A stretch of 63,532 nucleotides of DNA from Vezdaea acicularis (lineage: Eukaryota), in assembly GCA_026025075.1 (NCBI GenBank), contig JAPEUI010000096.1:1-63532 (forward strand). Reading direction: 5' to 3'. A model generated the notes under the pieces. That model saw only the letters and a program-made list of their open reading frames with translations. It searched no databases and had not been told where the DNA came from. This document shows positions 61,689 through 63,532 of this stretch, one piece after another (positions within the stretch are counted from its first letter, which is position 1; every line of letters starts with the position of its first letter). The translations under genes were made by a program, and so were the position numbers.

Positions 61689-62984
61689 CGTGAGCGCCGT
61701 GCGGTAGGCGGAAGTGTCGTATCAACCAGAACGACCCATCCGGATCAACTCCAACAAGTCCAAGACTCAAGTACGACCAAAAAAACCGGGGGCGACGGCG
61801 GATACGCAAAAGCTGCAAATCCTCTCCCTCCACCCTCCCGTGAGCAACGTCGTAGATATAAAGCAGACGAGAAAGGATTCCCCACGCGCCTCTCCCCCCT
61901 CAAACGGGCTTACGTGAGACCCTCTTCCTCCCCCCTCCCATCCCAAACTTACCCAGAACGCAGCCCGTCCAAGCTTCTCGCGATCGCAATTCACCCATCC
62001 CACAAATCGCACGCAACCTCCCGCACCACAGCAGCATCGCATACCTCAGAATGTCGATCCCCTCCGTCTCGGATCCGGGGGCGGGCCGTGCCATCCTCGA
62101 TGAGACAACGGCCCACACACACCCCCCCACCTGGTCCCACCATCTATCTCACACATCTTAGCATTTGTTGTCGCGTGTTTTTTTTCCCTTGAAATTGCCT
62201 CTCAGCCCTAGCGGCATGCGGGTATCCCTCCTCCTTGCCGTCAAAGCGTTTCGGTTCCGGTTTCAGGGGGGGTTCACCTCTCGCTTCGTTGTTGTTTCGT
62301 GAGCAAAATAGTTTCGACCCACCCACCCAAAAAAAAAAATGAATAACGCCCCCATTACATTCCCTCTCAAGCCCTGTGGAATTTACTGAATGCAAAAAAG
62401 CTCAGGCAACCTAACTACATAGGCCGCAAGTAAATAGCCGAGCATCCACACCACAGCGCTCGATCATTTTTCGTAAGCATTCAGGTTTCTCTCGAGTGGC
62501 TGTGTTGATTATCTATATTTCTCATGAATGAGTCAAGCGCAAATCGCCCCAGCCAACTCTTTTTTTTTTGGTGTGTCGACTTCTTTGCTCACGGCGTGAT
62601 TAGGCCCCTCATATTACATTCATCTAGCAGCTCCCCATTGGGGGAACGGAGGTACAGTGGTATCCACGGTTCATGAAATGCTCACCCAAGCAGATCCTCA
62701 CTATATCGATAACACGACGGGAGGATGGCCGCCGGGAGGGCGTTGATGGGAGAGGTCAAAGCAAGCCCAGAAAAAAAACACCGCGGTTGTAGTTGCGAAG
62801 CCGCTGAGCTCGCGGTTACGGGGGCTCGCCTCTATAGGCGAGCCTGACTAAGCGGTACGTACATAGTCCCCCCCTTAACGTTCTCGCCCCCGAGAACATC
62901 TAGCCCAGCTATAATTGAGTTATAACTCACTTATAACTCACTTTCACTTCACTTTCACTTCACTTCTACTTCACTTTGACTACG

Positions 62985-63532
62985 ATGGACGCCACGAGCA
63001 TCCCCAGCTCGCCCTCGAGTCCCTTGAGCGACTCGAGTGATTCGACCCTCCCGGAACCCCCTATTGAGCCCGGCCCTATTGCGACCCCTTACGGCCTTGC
63101 TACGGCCCGAGTCCCAGTTATCTCGGGCTTTCAGGCGACCGATAATCAGCGTCGCCTGGCGGCAAAGCCGGTTTTGCGCCCCCTGATCACGTACGATCAT
63201 AAGGGGGAGCTAATTCTGACCCGAAAGGTCAATATAGAGGCCGCCATGATTTACATGACCGGCCAACGGGCAGAAAATGCTTGTGGGTACTGCTCGGAAG
63301 GCCTGGGATGGCTCGCCGGGTGCGTTTACGACCCGACAGTGCTGCAAGGGGGGTGCGCCAGCTGCGCTCAGCAAGGGGCAACCACCCGGTGTACCCTCCG
63401 GACCGATAGGCTGCTTACAGCCCCGGCCCAGCCCCCGATGCCCGCTGGAGCCCCGACACTCCCCGGGCCTCCAGCGCTCCGCCGGCCCCCAGCGCACCGC
63501 CAGCCCCCAACAACCATTGCTGGGGCCTCGTC
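62985..63532 (+). CDS. DUF3716-like Cys-rich zinc-binding protein, open to the window end; probably transposon-borne
   Basis: Manual translation from ATG 62985 has no stop: NIEAAMIYMTGQRAENACGYCSEGLGWLAGCVYDPTVLQGGCASCAQQGATTRCTLR fits the DUF3716 CxxCxxGxG...CV...GxCAxC...C pattern as I recall it. Confidence 0.72.
   Translation, partial: MDATSIPSSPSSPLSDSSDSTLPEPPIEPGPIATPYGLATARVPVISGFQATDNQRRLAAKPVLRPLITYDHKGELILTRKVNIEAAMIYMTGQRAENACGYCSEGLGWLAGCVYDPTVLQGGCASCAQQGATTRCTLRTDRLLTAPAQPPMPAGAPTLPGPPALRRPPAHRQPPTTIAGAS

Noticed and set aside
60991..62192. 280-aa and 259-aa ORFs overlapping the Cys-rich secreted gene
   Set aside because: Low-complexity shadow frames caused by high GC; the 60558-61688 frame has the signal peptide and ordered cysteines.
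62880..62903. Hairpin followed by CTAG as a Helitron 3' end
   Set aside because: Only 2 nt separate the hairpin from CTAG, the next base is not T, and no Rep/helicase sequence lies upstream.
1..63532. tRNA, rRNA, snRNA genes and telomeric arrays
   Set aside because: None recognised by eye; a tRNAscan-SE/Infernal run would be needed to exclude them.

Overview
Gene-dense, intron-containing genomic DNA from a filamentous ascomycete (Pezizomycotina-type genes, short GT-AG introns). About 24 host genes are supported, including a BOR1-like borate transporter, MDR reductase, vezatin, EMC6, DIP2/UTP12, ARC35, LCL3, SEC9, a flavodoxin-like quinone reductase, SNT2, an esterase, a GPCR, RPS13, SDC1/DPY30, FAN1, an Ost-alpha transporter, an S41 peptidase, a Zn2Cys6 factor, a phytase, a CFEM protein and two related Cys-rich secreted proteins. 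Mobile DNA: a Mutator transposase running off the left edge; a compact Tc1-like element with DD39E spacing, an apparent 3-bp GAT target duplication and one RIP-type stop; an intact DD34E Tc1 element inserted into a degenerate array of ~139-bp self-complementary units; and a probable element carrying a DUF3716-like ORF at the right edge. The main hidden feature, missed by the ORF track, is a heavily decayed and internally deleted HELQ/Pol-theta-type helicase pseudogene at ~28.8-30.8 kb. All family assignments come from motif recognition by eye; no database searches were run.
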